Source of the DNA: an uncultured bacterium
GTDB lineage: Bacteria; Actinomycetota; Coriobacteriia; Coriobacteriales; Coriobacteriaceae
Assembly (NCBI GenBank): GCA_905215765.1
Contig: CAJMRP010000001.1
Span: forward strand, 1 to 53,188
DNA: 53,188 nucleotides
Reading direction: 5' to 3'
Positions 1 to 9,996 of this stretch are shown here, one piece after another (within the stretch, counting starts at the first letter, position 1; each line of letters opens with the position of its first letter). The translations under genes and the position numbers were made by a program. The notes beneath the pieces are model-generated. The model had not been told where the DNA came from. It did not search any database and worked only from the letters and a program-made list of their open reading frames with translations.

Positions 1-327
1 TATGACGTCGAAGATGCGGCCGTGGGTGAACGACTGGATCTTGGTGGAGTACATCTCGCCGTCGAGGTTGATGGACTGGGCCTTCTTCGCGAACACGACG
101 GGCGCGTTGCCGAAATGGCGCGCGACCAGACATGCGATGCCGATGCCCGACGCCTCGATCGTGAGGATCTTGTTCACGGGCGCATCCGCGAACAGTCGGG
201 CGAACTCCGCGCCCATCTCGTCGATCAGGTTGACATCGATCTGGTGGTTGAGGAAGCTATCGACCTTCAGCACGCCTTCCGACTTGACGACGCCATCACG
301 CTTGATGCGTTCTTCCAAAAGCTTCAT
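1..327 (-). CDS. xpt: Xanthine phosphoribosyltransferase (5' part; runs off window edge)
   Basis: Not in ORF track. Manual translation from ATG at 327: [34 protein letters not shown]...[12 protein letters not shown]...VFAKK, matching Xpt motifs; GAAAGGG RBS upstream. Confidence 0.9.
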   Translation of the reverse strand, partial: MKLLEERIKRDGVVKSEGVLKVDSFLNHQIDVNLIDEMGAEFARLFADAPVNKILTIEASGIGIACLVARHFGNAPVVFAKKAQSINLDGEMYSTKIQSFTHGRIFDVI

Positions 328-385
328 TCCGTGCCCTTTCGTGCGCTTCCGAACCAATGAATCATGCTCGAACAGTGTAGCAGAA

Positions 386-1342
386 TTAGAACACGATGCC
401 CGCAGCAGAGACAATCGCTCCTGCCACAATGCCGACGACAAGGAGTATCACCACGATGATGAGGTTTTGCTTAGGACGGCGGTTCGCTCGGAAGAGGACA
501 AGCAGGCCGACGCCCGCCGAGACGAGCAGGCCCGCGAACATGGCCCCCGCGCCGAGCACGCCTTCCACATACAGGTCGGCGATAACGACGCTCGCTGCGC
601 AGTTCGGGATGAGGCCCACGATGGCCGCCACAACGACCGAAAGCGCGCTATTCGAGCCGAGAATCTGTGCCAGCGCGTCCTCGCCTACCGTTTCGAGCAC
701 CACGTTCAAAAGCAGCGTGACGATGAAAATGAAGACCGTGACCTGGGCAGTGTGCTTGAGCGCGCTCTTCACGATGGAAGCGCCCGCATGGTCGTGATGG
801 TGTTCCTCGTCCTTTTCCGCCTCGTAGACAAGCTCGGGATTCTCCTCGCAGGCGTGACATTCGCCGTTGCAGTGGCAGTGATCGCGCTGGCAGAGCTCGT
901 GGATGCGTAGATGCTCTTCAGGACGATGGAGCAAGCGGAGCACGCCGTCGAGCGCAAGGCCCGCGACAATGCCCACGACCACCTTCGCACCCAGGATAGC
1001 GCCCATGGTGGAAAGGGGCACCTGAGCCGCGAGGAAGATGGGGATCATCTCGTCGGATGTGGACAGAAGCACAGCGATGAGCGTGCCGACCGTGATGACG
1101 CGGCCCGCATAGAGCGTCGACGCAGCCGCCGAAAAGCCGCATTGGGGCACGACGCCGAGCACCGCGCCAATGACGGGGCCCGCCTTCCCCGCGCGCTTGA
1201 TGGCGTTTTGCGCCTTGTCGCCCGCCTTGTGCTCGAGCCATTCCATAGCCAGATAGGTTACGAACAAAAACGGGATGAGGTAAAGTGTGTCTTCAATTGA
1301 GTGTTCGAGGACATGCCCCGCGATATGCATGATTTCTTCCAT
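386..1342 (-). CDS. Putative metal (manganese) transporter-family membrane protein with His/Cys-rich loop
   Basis: Multi-TM protein with [14 protein letters not shown] and GLIPNCAAS motifs and a central [12 protein letters not shown]...HHHDH loop; start moved to MEEIMH. Confidence 0.65.
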   Translation of the reverse strand: MEEIMHIAGHVLEHSIEDTLYLIPFLFVTYLAMEWLEHKAGDKAQNAIKRAGKAGPVIGAVLGVVPQCGFSAAASTLYAGRVITVGTLIAVLLSTSDEMIPIFLAAQVPLSTMGAILGAKVVVGIVAGLALDGVLRLLHRPEEHLRIHELCQRDHCHCNGECHACEENPELVYEAEKDEEHHHDHAGASIVKSALKHTAQVTVFIFIVTLLLNVVLETVGEDALAQILGSNSALSVVVAAIVGLIPNCAASVVIADLYVEGVLGAGAMFAGLLVSAGVGLLVLFRANRRPKQNLIIVVILLVVGIVAGAIVSAAGIVF

Positions 1343-1435
1343 AGCGAGGTATTCTAACGCAGCGGCATTCGCGCAGGCGGCAACGTGGGCGCAGTTTCGC
1401 CAAGCGACAAGAAAAACAGAAGGAGCAGCGCATAT

Positions 1436-2146
1436 ATGATCGGAACCATCGTCAACACCGTGGCCATCGTCGTGGGAAGCGCCATCGGAAGCCTTGCGAA
1501 ACGCGGACTTGGCGAGAAATACCAGAACATCCTGTTCTGCGCGATGGGCCTTGCGGCGACAGGCCTGGGTCTTCATTCCGTTGTCGAGGGCATGAGCGAA
1601 AGCGTCTATCCCGTGCTGTTCATTGCGAGCCTCGCCATCGGCGGCGTCGCGGGCACGGCGATCGACATCGAGGGACGCTTCGACCGCCTGACCGAGCGCC
1701 TGTCGAAATCGAAGGTGGACGAAAGCAGCGGAACAAACCTCTCACGTGGTCTTTCGACCGGCATCGTGCTCTTCTGCTTCGGCACGCTTTCCATCTTGGG
1801 GCCGATCAATAGCGCGCTTTACGGCGACGAGACGTTTCTGCTCACCAACGCGACACTCGACTTCGTGACTTCAATGGTCTTAGCGTCGTCATTCGGCATC
1901 GGCATGGCGCTCGCGGGCGTGGTGCTCTTTTGCTGGCAGGGTTCGATCTTCCTTTTGGCGCAGTGGCTCGAACCGCTTATGACCGCGAACCTGATGTGCG
2001 AGATCACCATCGTCGGCGGTTTTCTGATTCTCGCATCGGGCCTGTCCATCTTGAAGATCAAGGAGATTTCGGTCATGAATCTCCTGCCCGCGCTCTTGGT
2101 GCCGCCCGCCTGGTTTGCCATCCTGCCGCTTTTGCCCCTTGGGTGA
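1436..2146 (+). CDS. DUF554 (YdfK-like) membrane protein
   Basis: MIGTIVNTVAIVVGS start, LFCFGTLSILGP and NLLPALL motifs; AAGGAG RBS. Confidence 0.8.
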   Translation: MIGTIVNTVAIVVGSAIGSLAKRGLGEKYQNILFCAMGLAATGLGLHSVVEGMSESVYPVLFIASLAIGGVAGTAIDIEGRFDRLTERLSKSKVDESSGTNLSRGLSTGIVLFCFGTLSILGPINSALYGDETFLLTNATLDFVTSMVLASSFGIGMALAGVVLFCWQGSIFLLAQWLEPLMTANLMCEITIVGGFLILASGLSILKIKEISVMNLLPALLVPPAWFAILPLLPLG

Positions 2147-2204
2147 GTTATCTTTGACATCGAGCATAAGTCACTCGTGCCTTGCGGGAGGTGTCTTAAG
2201 CGCC

Positions 2205-2858
2205 TCATTCCCCTTTGCCGGATGCGATTTCCCCAATTGTTTTTTCCAGCTTACGCTTGTAAACAGAATCGGCGGCATAAAGCACTGAACAGGGGTTATG
2301 CACCGTCATAAAATCCTTTGCAACCAAGGTCACTGCGGGCGCATTTGAATATTTGCAGAAAAGCGCATCGTGTCCTACGCAAATTCCCATCAGGATATTC
2401 AGATCCGTCTTTGCATCGTTGAGCAACAGAGCCTGCATGATCGGATTGCAGATAACACTATCTTCTGCCAACGAAGGCGCGTCAATGTTCAGGTCGGCTT
2501 TCATGTTGCTTTCCAACTTGCAGCCAACTACCTGCACTTCAAACCCGGCCTTCCTGAGAAGCTCTGTCAGGATACGCGTTTCCCTCAACATTGCCGTGCA
2601 GGTTGCTATGCCAACAAGAGACGCCCCCATGAAGGACGCAAACTTGATCGTGTCCTGAACGCGTGTCGAATTAACCGTTTCAGCGCTGACTATCGCGGCA
2701 GATTCCATTATGAGATGGTTCTCGGGTTCGTTGTAGAGACGCAGCGCCTCGTCATGCATTTCTTTGGTAATTGATGTTTGAACACAGAAATCAGGCGCCG
2801 TCTTGTCCAGGTGTTCGCAAGCTATAACCCGGCAACTCTCGCAAGCAATATCGCTCAT
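2205..2858 (-). CDS. DUF1847 domain Cys-rich (metal-binding) protein
   Basis: CESC near N-terminus; TRVQD, GIATC, CNPIMQA, GICVGHD and KDFMTVHNP motifs; lower GC than neighbours. Confidence 0.75.
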   Translation of the reverse strand: MSDIACESCRVIACEHLDKTAPDFCVQTSITKEMHDEALRLYNEPENHLIMESAAIVSAETVNSTRVQDTIKFASFMGASLVGIATCTAMLRETRILTELLRKAGFEVQVVGCKLESNMKADLNIDAPSLAEDSVICNPIMQALLLNDAKTDLNILMGICVGHDALFCKYSNAPAVTLVAKDFMTVHNPCSVLYAADSVYKRKLEKTIGEIASGKGE

Positions 2859-2910
2859 CGTCCTCAACGCCTTTCGATTCCGCATTGCACTCAATTCCGC
2901 AAGGGAGCGA

Positions 2911-3162
2911 AGATGCCCCGTCTTGCGTCGTTACGCTCAGCCACAAAATAACACCCAGCAAGAGGAAAGGCAATTCTTGACAAGCGCTCCGACCAGGGCA
3001 CCCTGCGCATGGGGGAAGTGCGAAGCGCCACGCTCGCTCCGAAGACAGCGAGGGCCCGCCTGGCGAGGTCAGGTGGCGCGAAAGGTTGAGGACGCGTACT
3101 TCGGTACGCGAGCGACGGTTTGAACGGCAAGATGGGGTGCTTGCGGCCCGCGCAGCGTCGAG
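2911..3162. repeat. Structured intergenic palindromic element (REP/MITE-like)
   Basis: GCCCCGTCTTGC (2915-2926) is an imperfect inverted repeat of GCAAGATGGGGT (3127-3138); internal CGCGTAC-TTCG-GTACGCG hairpin at 3093-3110. Confidence 0.5.
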
Positions 3163-3164
3163 TA

Positions 3165-3192
3165 GTTACGCGGTTTGGTAAAACCGCGTAAC
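3165..3192 (-). terminator. Hairpin just downstream of ettA
   Basis: GTTACGCGGTTT-GGTA-AAACCGCGTAAC, perfect 12-bp stem. Confidence 0.6.
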
Positions 3193-3195
3193 AAA

Positions 3196-4875
3196 TTAGT
3201 CGCGCGTCAGCTTGCGGTGGATACGATGCGGCTGGGCTGCGTCCTCGCCCAGGCGCTCGATGCGGTTGGCCTGATAGGCCTCAAAGTTGCCCTCGAACCA
3301 ATACCAGTTGCCCGGATTCTCGTCGGTGCCCTCCCACGCCAGAATGTGCGTGGCGACGCGGTCCAGGAACATGCGGTCGTGGCTAATGACCACCGAGCAG
3401 CCCGGGAACTCGAGCAGCGCCGCTTCGAGCGAGGACAGCGTCTCGACGTCGAGATCGTTCGTGGGCTCGTCGAGGAGCAGCAGGTTGCCGCCCTGCTTGA
3501 GCGTGAGTGCCAGGTTCAGACGATTGCGCTCACCACCGGAGAGTACGCCAGCGCGCTTCTGCTGGTCCTGGCCCTTAAAGCCAAAGCTCGCCACATAAGC
3601 GCGGCTCGGAACCTCGGTCTCGCCGACCATCATGTGGTCCAGGCCATCCGAGACGACCTCCCACAGGTTCTTGTCAGGGTCGATGCCAGAACGGTTCTGA
3701 TCGACATAGGAGATCTTGACGGTCTCACCCACCTCGAGCTCGCCCGAAGTCAGCGGCTCCAAACCCACAATCGTCTTGAACAGCGTGGTCTTACCGACGC
3801 CGTTGGGACCGATGACGCCCACGATGCCGTTGCGCGGCAGGGTGAATGATAGGTCGTCGATGAGCACACGGCCATCGAACTCCTTGTGCAGGTGATGGGC
3901 CTCGAGCACCTTGTTGCCCAGGCGCGGTCCGACGGGAATGCGGATGTCGGTCCAGTCGAGCTTCTGGCTTGCGCGGGCCTCGGCCTCCATCTCCTCGTAG
4001 CGAGCCAGACGGGCCTTGTTCTTGGCCTGGCGAGCCTTGGGCGAGCTGCGTACCCACTCGAGCTCGGCCTCCATGCGCTTGGCGAGCTTGGCGTCGCGGT
4101 TGCCCTGCGCCTCGATACGGGCGGCCTTGGTCTCCAGATACGTGGAGTAGTTGCCCTTGTAGGGATAAAGGTGACCGCGGTCGACCTCGCAGATCCACTC
4201 GGCAACGTTATCCAGAAAGTAGCGATCGTGCGTGACGGCAAGCACCGCGCCCTGGTAGTTGTGCAGGAAGTGCTCGAGCCACAGGATCGACTCGGCGTCC
4301 AGGTGGTTCGTAGGCTCGTCGAGCAGCAGCAGGTCGGGAGCCTCGAGCAGCAGCTTGCACAGGGCCACGCGACGGCGCTCGCCGCCGGAAAGCACATTAA
4401 CCGGCATGTCAGAATCGGGCAGCTGCAGGGCGTCCATGGCCTGGCCGAGCTTGGAATCGATATCCCAGCCGTCAGCGGCGTCGATCTCGTCCTGGAGCTT
4501 GCCCATCTCGGCCATGAGGGCGTCCATGTCGCAATCCGGGTCGCACATCTCCTCGCCGATCTTATTGAAGCGATCGACTTTGGCGATCATATCGCCAAAC
4601 GCCATGCGCACGTTCTCGATGACGGTCTTGTCGTCGTCGAGCGGCGGCTCCTGCTGCAGGATGCCCACAGTGTAGCCGGGGGTGAGCCTGGCATCGCCGT
4701 TGGAGACCTCCTCGATGCCGGCCATAATCTTGAGCAGGGTCGACTTACCCATGCCGTTGGGACCCACGACGCCGATCTTGGCACCGGGGTAGAAGCTCAG
4801 GGTCACGTCGTCAAGGATTACCTTGTCGCCATGGGCCTTGCGAGCCTGATACATCTGGTAGATAAACTCTGCCAT
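3196..4875 (-). CDS. ettA: Energy-dependent translational throttle protein EttA (ABC-F)
   Basis: MAEFIYQM start, two ABC cassettes (GPNGMGKS, GPNGVGKT, LSGGE), ELEWVRSSPKARQAKNKARL linker. Confidence 0.95.
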   Translation of the reverse strand: MAEFIYQMYQARKAHGDKVILDDVTLSFYPGAKIGVVGPNGMGKSTLLKIMAGIEEVSNGDARLTPGYTVGILQQEPPLDDDKTVIENVRMAFGDMIAKVDRFNKIGEEMCDPDCDMDALMAEMGKLQDEIDAADGWDIDSKLGQAMDALQLPDSDMPVNVLSGGERRRVALCKLLLEAPDLLLLDEPTNHLDAESILWLEHFLHNYQGAVLAVTHDRYFLDNVAEWICEVDRGHLYPYKGNYSTYLETKAARIEAQGNRDAKLAKRMEAELEWVRSSPKARQAKNKARLARYEEMEAEARASQKLDWTDIRIPVGPRLGNKVLEAHHLHKEFDGRVLIDDLSFTLPRNGIVGVIGPNGVGKTTLFKTIVGLEPLTSGELEVGETVKISYVDQNRSGIDPDKNLWEVVSDGLDHMMVGETEVPSRAYVASFGFKGQDQQKRAGVLSGGERNRLNLALTLKQGGNLLLLDEPTNDLDVETLSSLEAALLEFPGCSVVISHDRMFLDRVATHILAWEGTDENPGNWYWFEGNFEAYQANRIERLGEDAAQPHRIHRKLTRD

Positions 4876-5059
4876 TTGCCTGTTCTATCCTTTCTACCTG
4901 CTGTTTCCCTATTCTTGATTCGCTTTAGTGGAAACGAAATGAGGGAACCAGCTCTGAAACGTAACGAAAAAGGGGCATGGTTGCCCACACCCCCTAATAC
5001 TACCTGGGAAAAGTCCCCCGGAACATACTATGAACTGCGTACGCTAGTTTTCCGCAACC

Positions 5060-5764
5060 TTAACGAGCGGCTCGCTGCGATTTGCGCCACAACAGATACG
5101 AGTAGACGTAAACGGCTCCAACCGAACCAAACGCCAGAGCCGCAATCACCGCGGCGACGACTTCACTCGAAAGCACGCTGCCTGCCACGCCCATCACAAT
5201 CAGGCCAATACCCAGCACCATAAAGCAGGCGCCGCCAAAACGCTGCGTACGGCGCCAGTTCTCGGGATCGGCAAGCGCCCAGGGTGTCTTGATACCGAGC
5301 GTATAGTTCTGCTTCACACGCGGCAAGTAGTTGCCTACGCCGATGAACAGCAAACCGACAACACCGGAAATCAGCACGTTAACCGAACCGACCGCCGGCA
5401 CTACGCCCCAGACCGTAAGCTCTCCCAGCCAGCTTATGGCGCACATGAACAAGGTGAAGGCGATTACGAAGCCCTGGTAGAACTTGCCCGAGGTTCGATA
5501 TGCCTCACCTTTGGGGTCGATGCGCGGCACCATGCAGAACATTGCGAGAAGCGCCAGAGGCAGCACGCCGAGCGCGGAGGCCATCCAACTAGGACCCCAA
5601 CCGTCGACGGCGCCGTTCGCGCCCCAGTGCGTGGGAATCTGTGCAGGCAGGCTCGGCATCACCATGAGGTGCGCTACAACATTAATAGCGCAGACCACAA
5701 CAAGCATGGCCCACACGCGCGACGATACCCCCGTGGCGTGAATGCCCTTGTTTTCGTTATTCAT
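5060..5764 (-). CDS. sdpI: SdpI-family immunity membrane protein (DUF1648)
   Basis: LPAQIPTHWGANGAVDGW and GNYLPRVKQNYTLGIKTPWAL...NWRRT motifs; overlaps the sdpR stop. Confidence 0.8.
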   Translation of the reverse strand: MNNENKGIHATGVSSRVWAMLVVVCAINVVAHLMVMPSLPAQIPTHWGANGAVDGWGPSWMASALGVLPLALLAMFCMVPRIDPKGEAYRTSGKFYQGFVIAFTLFMCAISWLGELTVWGVVPAVGSVNVLISGVVGLLFIGVGNYLPRVKQNYTLGIKTPWALADPENWRRTQRFGGACFMVLGIGLIVMGVAGSVLSSEVVAAVIAALAFGSVGAVYVYSYLLWRKSQRAAR

Positions 5765-6035
5765 CCTTATCACCTTCCGTGTTTGTAAAGCCCATAAACC
5801 AACCGATCAAGTCCTGCATGACGGTGGTGTTTAAGCTGTATACGATGTTTTGGCCATGGCGCTCGTCGGTCACCAACCCGGCGTTTTTGAGCGTCGCCAA
5901 GTGATGGCTCAGCGACGGCTTACTGATATCGAAATGCTCGGCAAGCTCCCCCGCCGTGCAATTGCCCTCGCGCAGCAACTCCAAAATGCGCCGTCGCGTT
6001 GGATCGGCAAGCGCCTTAAAACCCTCTCCCGGCAT
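5757..6035 (-). CDS. sdpR: ArsR-family autorepressor, SdpR-like
   Basis: FKALADPTRRRILELL...AGELAEHFDISKPSLSHHL...YSLNTTV; upstream of sdpI. Confidence 0.8.
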   Translation of the reverse strand: MPGEGFKALADPTRRRILELLREGNCTAGELAEHFDISKPSLSHHLATLKNAGLVTDERHGQNIVYSLNTTVMQDLIGWFMGFTNTEGDKDE

Positions 6036-6069
6036 AAGACCTCCTCTCATCATCTCTCATGACGTGCAC

Positions 6070-6108
6070 ACTATACTCAATATTTAGATGTTTGTCTAAC
6101 TATCTAAT
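6070..6108 (-). promoter_or_regulatory. Putative sdpR promoter with overlapping operator
   Basis: Minus strand TAGACA-N17-TATAGT; imperfect palindrome TTAGATG-TTT-GTCTAA over the -35. Confidence 0.45.
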
Positions 6109-6214
6109 CGCAATGCTTCAAACCACATCAAAGCAAACGCCATCGCAACCTATGGGCGATTACCTATAATGGCGATAGCTAAAACACGACCTGCTTCCCC
6201 ATCGGAGGATATTT

Positions 6215-7012
6215 ATGACCGAAACCACAGCCGCAGCCGCCATCGAGACACGCGACACCAAGCTCGAGATTATCATGGGCCGCGAGGCACTCGATAAGCT
6301 CGCCGGTGCTACGGTGCTAGTGCTCGGCTGCGGAGGCGTGGGCTCCAACTGCTGCGAGGCACTCGCCCGCGGCGGCATTGGTCATTTCGTCATTCTGGAT
6401 AAGGACATCATCGCGCCCAGCAATATCAATCGCCAGGCCATCGCCTTTCACAGCACCGTCGGCAAGCGCAAGGTTGACGTGATGGAGGCCATGATCCACG
6501 ACATCAATCCCGCCGCCACCGTCATCAAACGAACTGAATACCTGTTGAGCGATAACATCGACGAATTCTTTGCGAGCGTTTTTGAGCAGACGGGCGGCAA
6601 GCTCGATTACGTCATCGACGCCATCGACACCATCTCGGCCAAGCTCGCCATTGCGAAATATGCTCAAGACCACGACATCCGCTTGGTTAGCTCCATGGGC
6701 GGGGCCAACAAGCTCCATCCCGAGTGCCTCCGCTTTGCCGACATCTTCGATACGGTACGTGACCCCATGAGCCGCATTATGCGCAAAGAATGCAAGAAGC
6801 GCGGAATCAAGAGTCTGCATGTACTGTTTAGCTGCGAGGAATCGGTTAAGACGCAGCCCCGCGACCCTTCCAATATCCACGAGCGCACCGAGCTGGGAAC
6901 CGCCAGCTTTATGCCGCCCATCATGGGCCAGATGATCGCCGGAGAGGTTATCCGCCAGATCAGTGGCCGCGGCACCGAGCGCGTGCGCGCCGATGGCCAG
7001 CGCCTAGACTAG
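6215..7012 (+). CDS. tcdA: tRNA threonylcarbamoyladenosine dehydratase (ThiF family)
   Basis: VLGCGGVGS, SNINRQ, IDAIDT, SSMGGANK and VLFSCE motifs. Confidence 0.85.
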   Translation: MTETTAAAAIETRDTKLEIIMGREALDKLAGATVLVLGCGGVGSNCCEALARGGIGHFVILDKDIIAPSNINRQAIAFHSTVGKRKVDVMEAMIHDINPAATVIKRTEYLLSDNIDEFFASVFEQTGGKLDYVIDAIDTISAKLAIAKYAQDHDIRLVSSMGGANKLHPECLRFADIFDTVRDPMSRIMRKECKKRGIKSLHVLFSCEESVKTQPRDPSNIHERTELGTASFMPPIMGQMIAGEVIRQISGRGTERVRADGQRLD

Positions 7013-7026
7013 CGGAGCGCACCGAG

Positions 7027-7809
7027 ATGGAGCCCCGGTTATTTGATGCACACTGCCATCTTGATTTAATGGCTCACCCGGACGCCGTTGCCGATGAGGC
7101 GACGGCGCTGGGCTTGGGTCTATTTGACTGCGGCGTCAATCCGCGCGACTTTTCGGCCGCAAACGAGCGCGCCTGTCGCCAACCAGGCATCATCGCCGGC
7201 GTTGGGCTTCACCCCTGGTGGCTCGCCGATGGTCACTGCGGTTTTGTCGAAGTCAATCTGCTTTGCGAAGTTGCTGCCCAAGAACGCTACATCGGCGAAG
7301 TCGGACTCGACTTTTCCGCGCGCTTTGCTGGAAGTGAGCCGCTACAAATACAGGCACTTAACCGGCTCTGCGATGCGCTCGTGCAGCATCCTCTTACCGG
7401 GCGCGTGATATCAATTCACGCCGTTCGTTCGGCAGGAGCCGTACTGGACGTCCTCGAATCGCATGGACTACTCATCCCAAACCCCGACTCCCCCGTTATC
7501 ATCTTCCACTGGTTTAGCGGTACTTCGGACGAACTCGTCCGCGCGCGTAATGCGGGCTGTTATTTTTCCGTCAACGAACGCATGCTCGCATCTAAACGAG
7601 GACGCGAATACGTACGACAAATTCCACTCGATCGTTTACTGCTCGAGACCGATGCACCAGCGGAGGCAAACGCAGAAATAAGCGCACAGTCACTCATCAG
7701 ATCGCTCGAAAGCGCCTCAGAACACGTCGCCTCGCTCAAAAAATGCGACGCAAAGCATATTGAGTCGGCGGTTTTAGCGAATGCACACTCTGTTTTTAGC
7801 CTTCGCTAA
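7027..7809 (+). CDS. TatD-family hydrolase
   Basis: DAHCHLD, GLHPW, IGEVGLDF, IFHWFSG and LLETDAP motifs. Confidence 0.85.
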   Translation: MEPRLFDAHCHLDLMAHPDAVADEATALGLGLFDCGVNPRDFSAANERACRQPGIIAGVGLHPWWLADGHCGFVEVNLLCEVAAQERYIGEVGLDFSARFAGSEPLQIQALNRLCDALVQHPLTGRVISIHAVRSAGAVLDVLESHGLLIPNPDSPVIIFHWFSGTSDELVRARNAGCYFSVNERMLASKRGREYVRQIPLDRLLLETDAPAEANAEISAQSLIRSLESASEHVASLKKCDAKHIESAVLANAHSVFSLR

Positions 7810-7814
7810 CCCCT

Positions 7815-8043
7815 GTGGTCAAAAAACGTCAAATATGAGTACTGCTAGCGAAATGGATACATTACTCTGAGCTTTCCGACCACCAGAATAATCTACGATT
7901 GTCCATTAACTAACACTTTTACAGTCACTCATCCTGCATTTTCGCAATCTTAAACCCCTCCAAACGCTCAAATCACGTCTGAAGGGGTCGATTTTGCTGC
8001 GACTAAATTAGTCACAGTACTCATATTTGGCTTTTTTGACCAC
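7815..8043. mobile_element. MITE-like non-coding element with ~30-bp terminal inverted repeats
   Basis: GTGGTCAAAAAACGTCAAATATGAGTACTG (7815-7844) versus reverse complement of 8015-8043, GTGGTCAAAAAAGCCAAATATGAGTACTG; AT-rich interior. Confidence 0.55.
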
Positions 8044-8087
8044 CGAGTCACGGGAAGGCACCAATACAGCTCCCCGGGACAGCTCGG

Positions 8088-8951
8088 CTATTCGACGATT
8101 GGTGCTCCGTGGCCCCAAGAACCTTCCATGCCGCACACGGTCGAGGCAAACCCGGCAGCAAAGTCGAGCGCGCGCTCGATGGCCTCGGCGCCATCCTCAC
8201 CACGCTTGGCGGAATCGAGATAGCACATCAAAAACGAGGTGAGGAACGAGTCGCCCGCCCCCATGGTGTCCTTCATGTCCGTTACCGGTTTAGCCAGCTG
8301 GCGGTAATAACGCTCGCCGTCGTAAGCAATGCAGCCCTCGGCGCCCGCCGTAGCCGACACAAAACGCGGACCCAGGCCCTTCACCCATGCCAGACGCTCG
8401 CGAATCTCGTCCTCACTCGCGGCATCCGCCGCACTAAAGAAAGCGAAATCGACGTAGGGCGCAATCTGCTCGTAATACTCGTCGGTGGAGTCATCCGAAA
8501 AGTCAAAAGAGACCGTGACGCCCGCAGCCTTCAGCTTGGGCAGCTCGCGCTCGGTAAAGCAATAGTTGCCCGAATGAACCACATCGAACTGCTTCATGTA
8601 CGAAAGGTCAAAGCGATCGAGGACATAGCGCGCATCGCCACGGATACCGCCCTCGTTGGAGCCAAGGAAGACACGGTCACCGTCAACGACGGTCACGCGA
8701 GCCGCTCCGTTCTCGCCAATCATCTGCTCGCACTTGTCAAGCTCGATACCTTCATCCTCGAGGCTTGCAATGACATGCTCGGCAGCGGCGTCATTGCCAA
8801 AAATGCCCATGTATGCGGAGCGTGCGGCACCGCATTTCTTGGCATAAACGGCGAAGTTCACCGCATTGCCGCCGGGATACATGGTGTGGATATGCTCGTA
8901 GCGATCGACGACGTTGTCGCCAAATCCGAGCGCGTTAACGTTAAATGCCAT
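8088..8951 (-). CDS. frlD: Fructoselysine 6-kinase (PfkB family)
   Basis: GDNVVDRY...YPGGNAVNFAV and DTMGAGDSF motifs; next to frlB/frlC. Confidence 0.85.
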   Translation of the reverse strand: MAFNVNALGFGDNVVDRYEHIHTMYPGGNAVNFAVYAKKCGAARSAYMGIFGNDAAAEHVIASLEDEGIELDKCEQMIGENGAARVTVVDGDRVFLGSNEGGIRGDARYVLDRFDLSYMKQFDVVHSGNYCFTERELPKLKAAGVTVSFDFSDDSTDEYYEQIAPYVDFAFFSAADAASEDEIRERLAWVKGLGPRFVSATAGAEGCIAYDGERYYRQLAKPVTDMKDTMGAGDSFLTSFLMCYLDSAKRGEDGAEAIERALDFAAGFASTVCGMEGSWGHGAPIVE

Positions 8952-8965
8952 GGCCTTTGCCCCTT

Positions 8966-9934
8966 CTAGTACTCGACAACACCCATATAGCGACGGAAAT
9001 CGGGATCGTGATCAAACACCTTGCCGCGTGCAGCACGCAGCTCGCAGTTCATGGCGTAGAACAGCACCGGGTCCAGATAGGCACGGACGCTCGCCGGCAC
9101 GGCTTCCATACCGTACTCCTTGGCATCGAGCACCATCAGCGTATCGGTATGCGTCTTAAGGAACGCCAGGGCGCGCTCGTCCATGGCACGGTACTCGCTG
9201 GAGCCCATCTGCAGGAAGTAAAAAACGCCATCCTGAGTAGCCTCGAAGGGGCCATGGAAGTACTCGGCAGAGTGGATGTAGCTGCAGTGCTGCCACTGCA
9301 TCTCCATAAGAGAGCAGATAGCGAAACCGTAGGTCTGGCTAAAGTTGGGACCGCTGCCCAGAATGTAGAAGAACTCGTGCTCCTGGCAAAGCTTGGCAAA
9401 ACGATCGCCCAGCTCGGCATTTACCTTCTCGCGTGCCGGGGGAAGAATCTTATCCATCTCGGCGATACCGGCATACATATCGGCAAGATCGGCGTAGCCC
9501 TCCTGCTGATCGAGCAGCTCGGCCGCAAGCGACAGCGAAATGCCAGCGGGGACCTCGGCCTGCGGCACGCCCTCGCCCCACGGGTAGACCCACGTGGTCC
9601 ACTTGCCGGAGTCAATCTTGGATCCAGCGTTGTCGGTCTGGGCGATCACCGTAGCGCCGGCAGCAAGGGCAATCTCGCAGCCCTCGACGACCTCGGGGGT
9701 GTTGCCGCTGTGGCTACAAGCGATGACCAGGGACTTCTCGCCCAGACGACGCGGACGCATGATATCGAACTCGCGAGCCGTATAGATATACGAAGTGAAG
9801 GTGGTTGCCTCGCGCTGCAGAAGCTCATGAGCCGGGATCAAATCGATCATGGAGCCACCGCAAGCAATCCAGCAGACGCTGTCGAACTTGCCCTTCTCGG
9901 CAATTGCCTCTTTGATCAGATCGTGTGCGTTCAT
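8966..9934 (-). CDS. frlB: Fructoselysine-6-phosphate deglycase (SIS domain)
   Basis: ACGGS, SHSGNTPE, ICSLMEMQW, EYFHGPFE and RRYMGVVEY motifs. Confidence 0.9.
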   Translation of the reverse strand: MNAHDLIKEAIAEKGKFDSVCWIACGGSMIDLIPAHELLQREATTFTSYIYTAREFDIMRPRRLGEKSLVIACSHSGNTPEVVEGCEIALAAGATVIAQTDNAGSKIDSGKWTTWVYPWGEGVPQAEVPAGISLSLAAELLDQQEGYADLADMYAGIAEMDKILPPAREKVNAELGDRFAKLCQEHEFFYILGSGPNFSQTYGFAICSLMEMQWQHCSYIHSAEYFHGPFEATQDGVFYFLQMGSSEYRAMDERALAFLKTHTDTLMVLDAKEYGMEAVPASVRAYLDPVLFYAMNCELRAARGKVFDHDPDFRRYMGVVEY

Positions 9935-9996
9935 ATCCAGTTCCTTTCTTGTTTGGCCCGCAATCAATGACGTTGGTTGCGTGGCCGATGGTTGTT

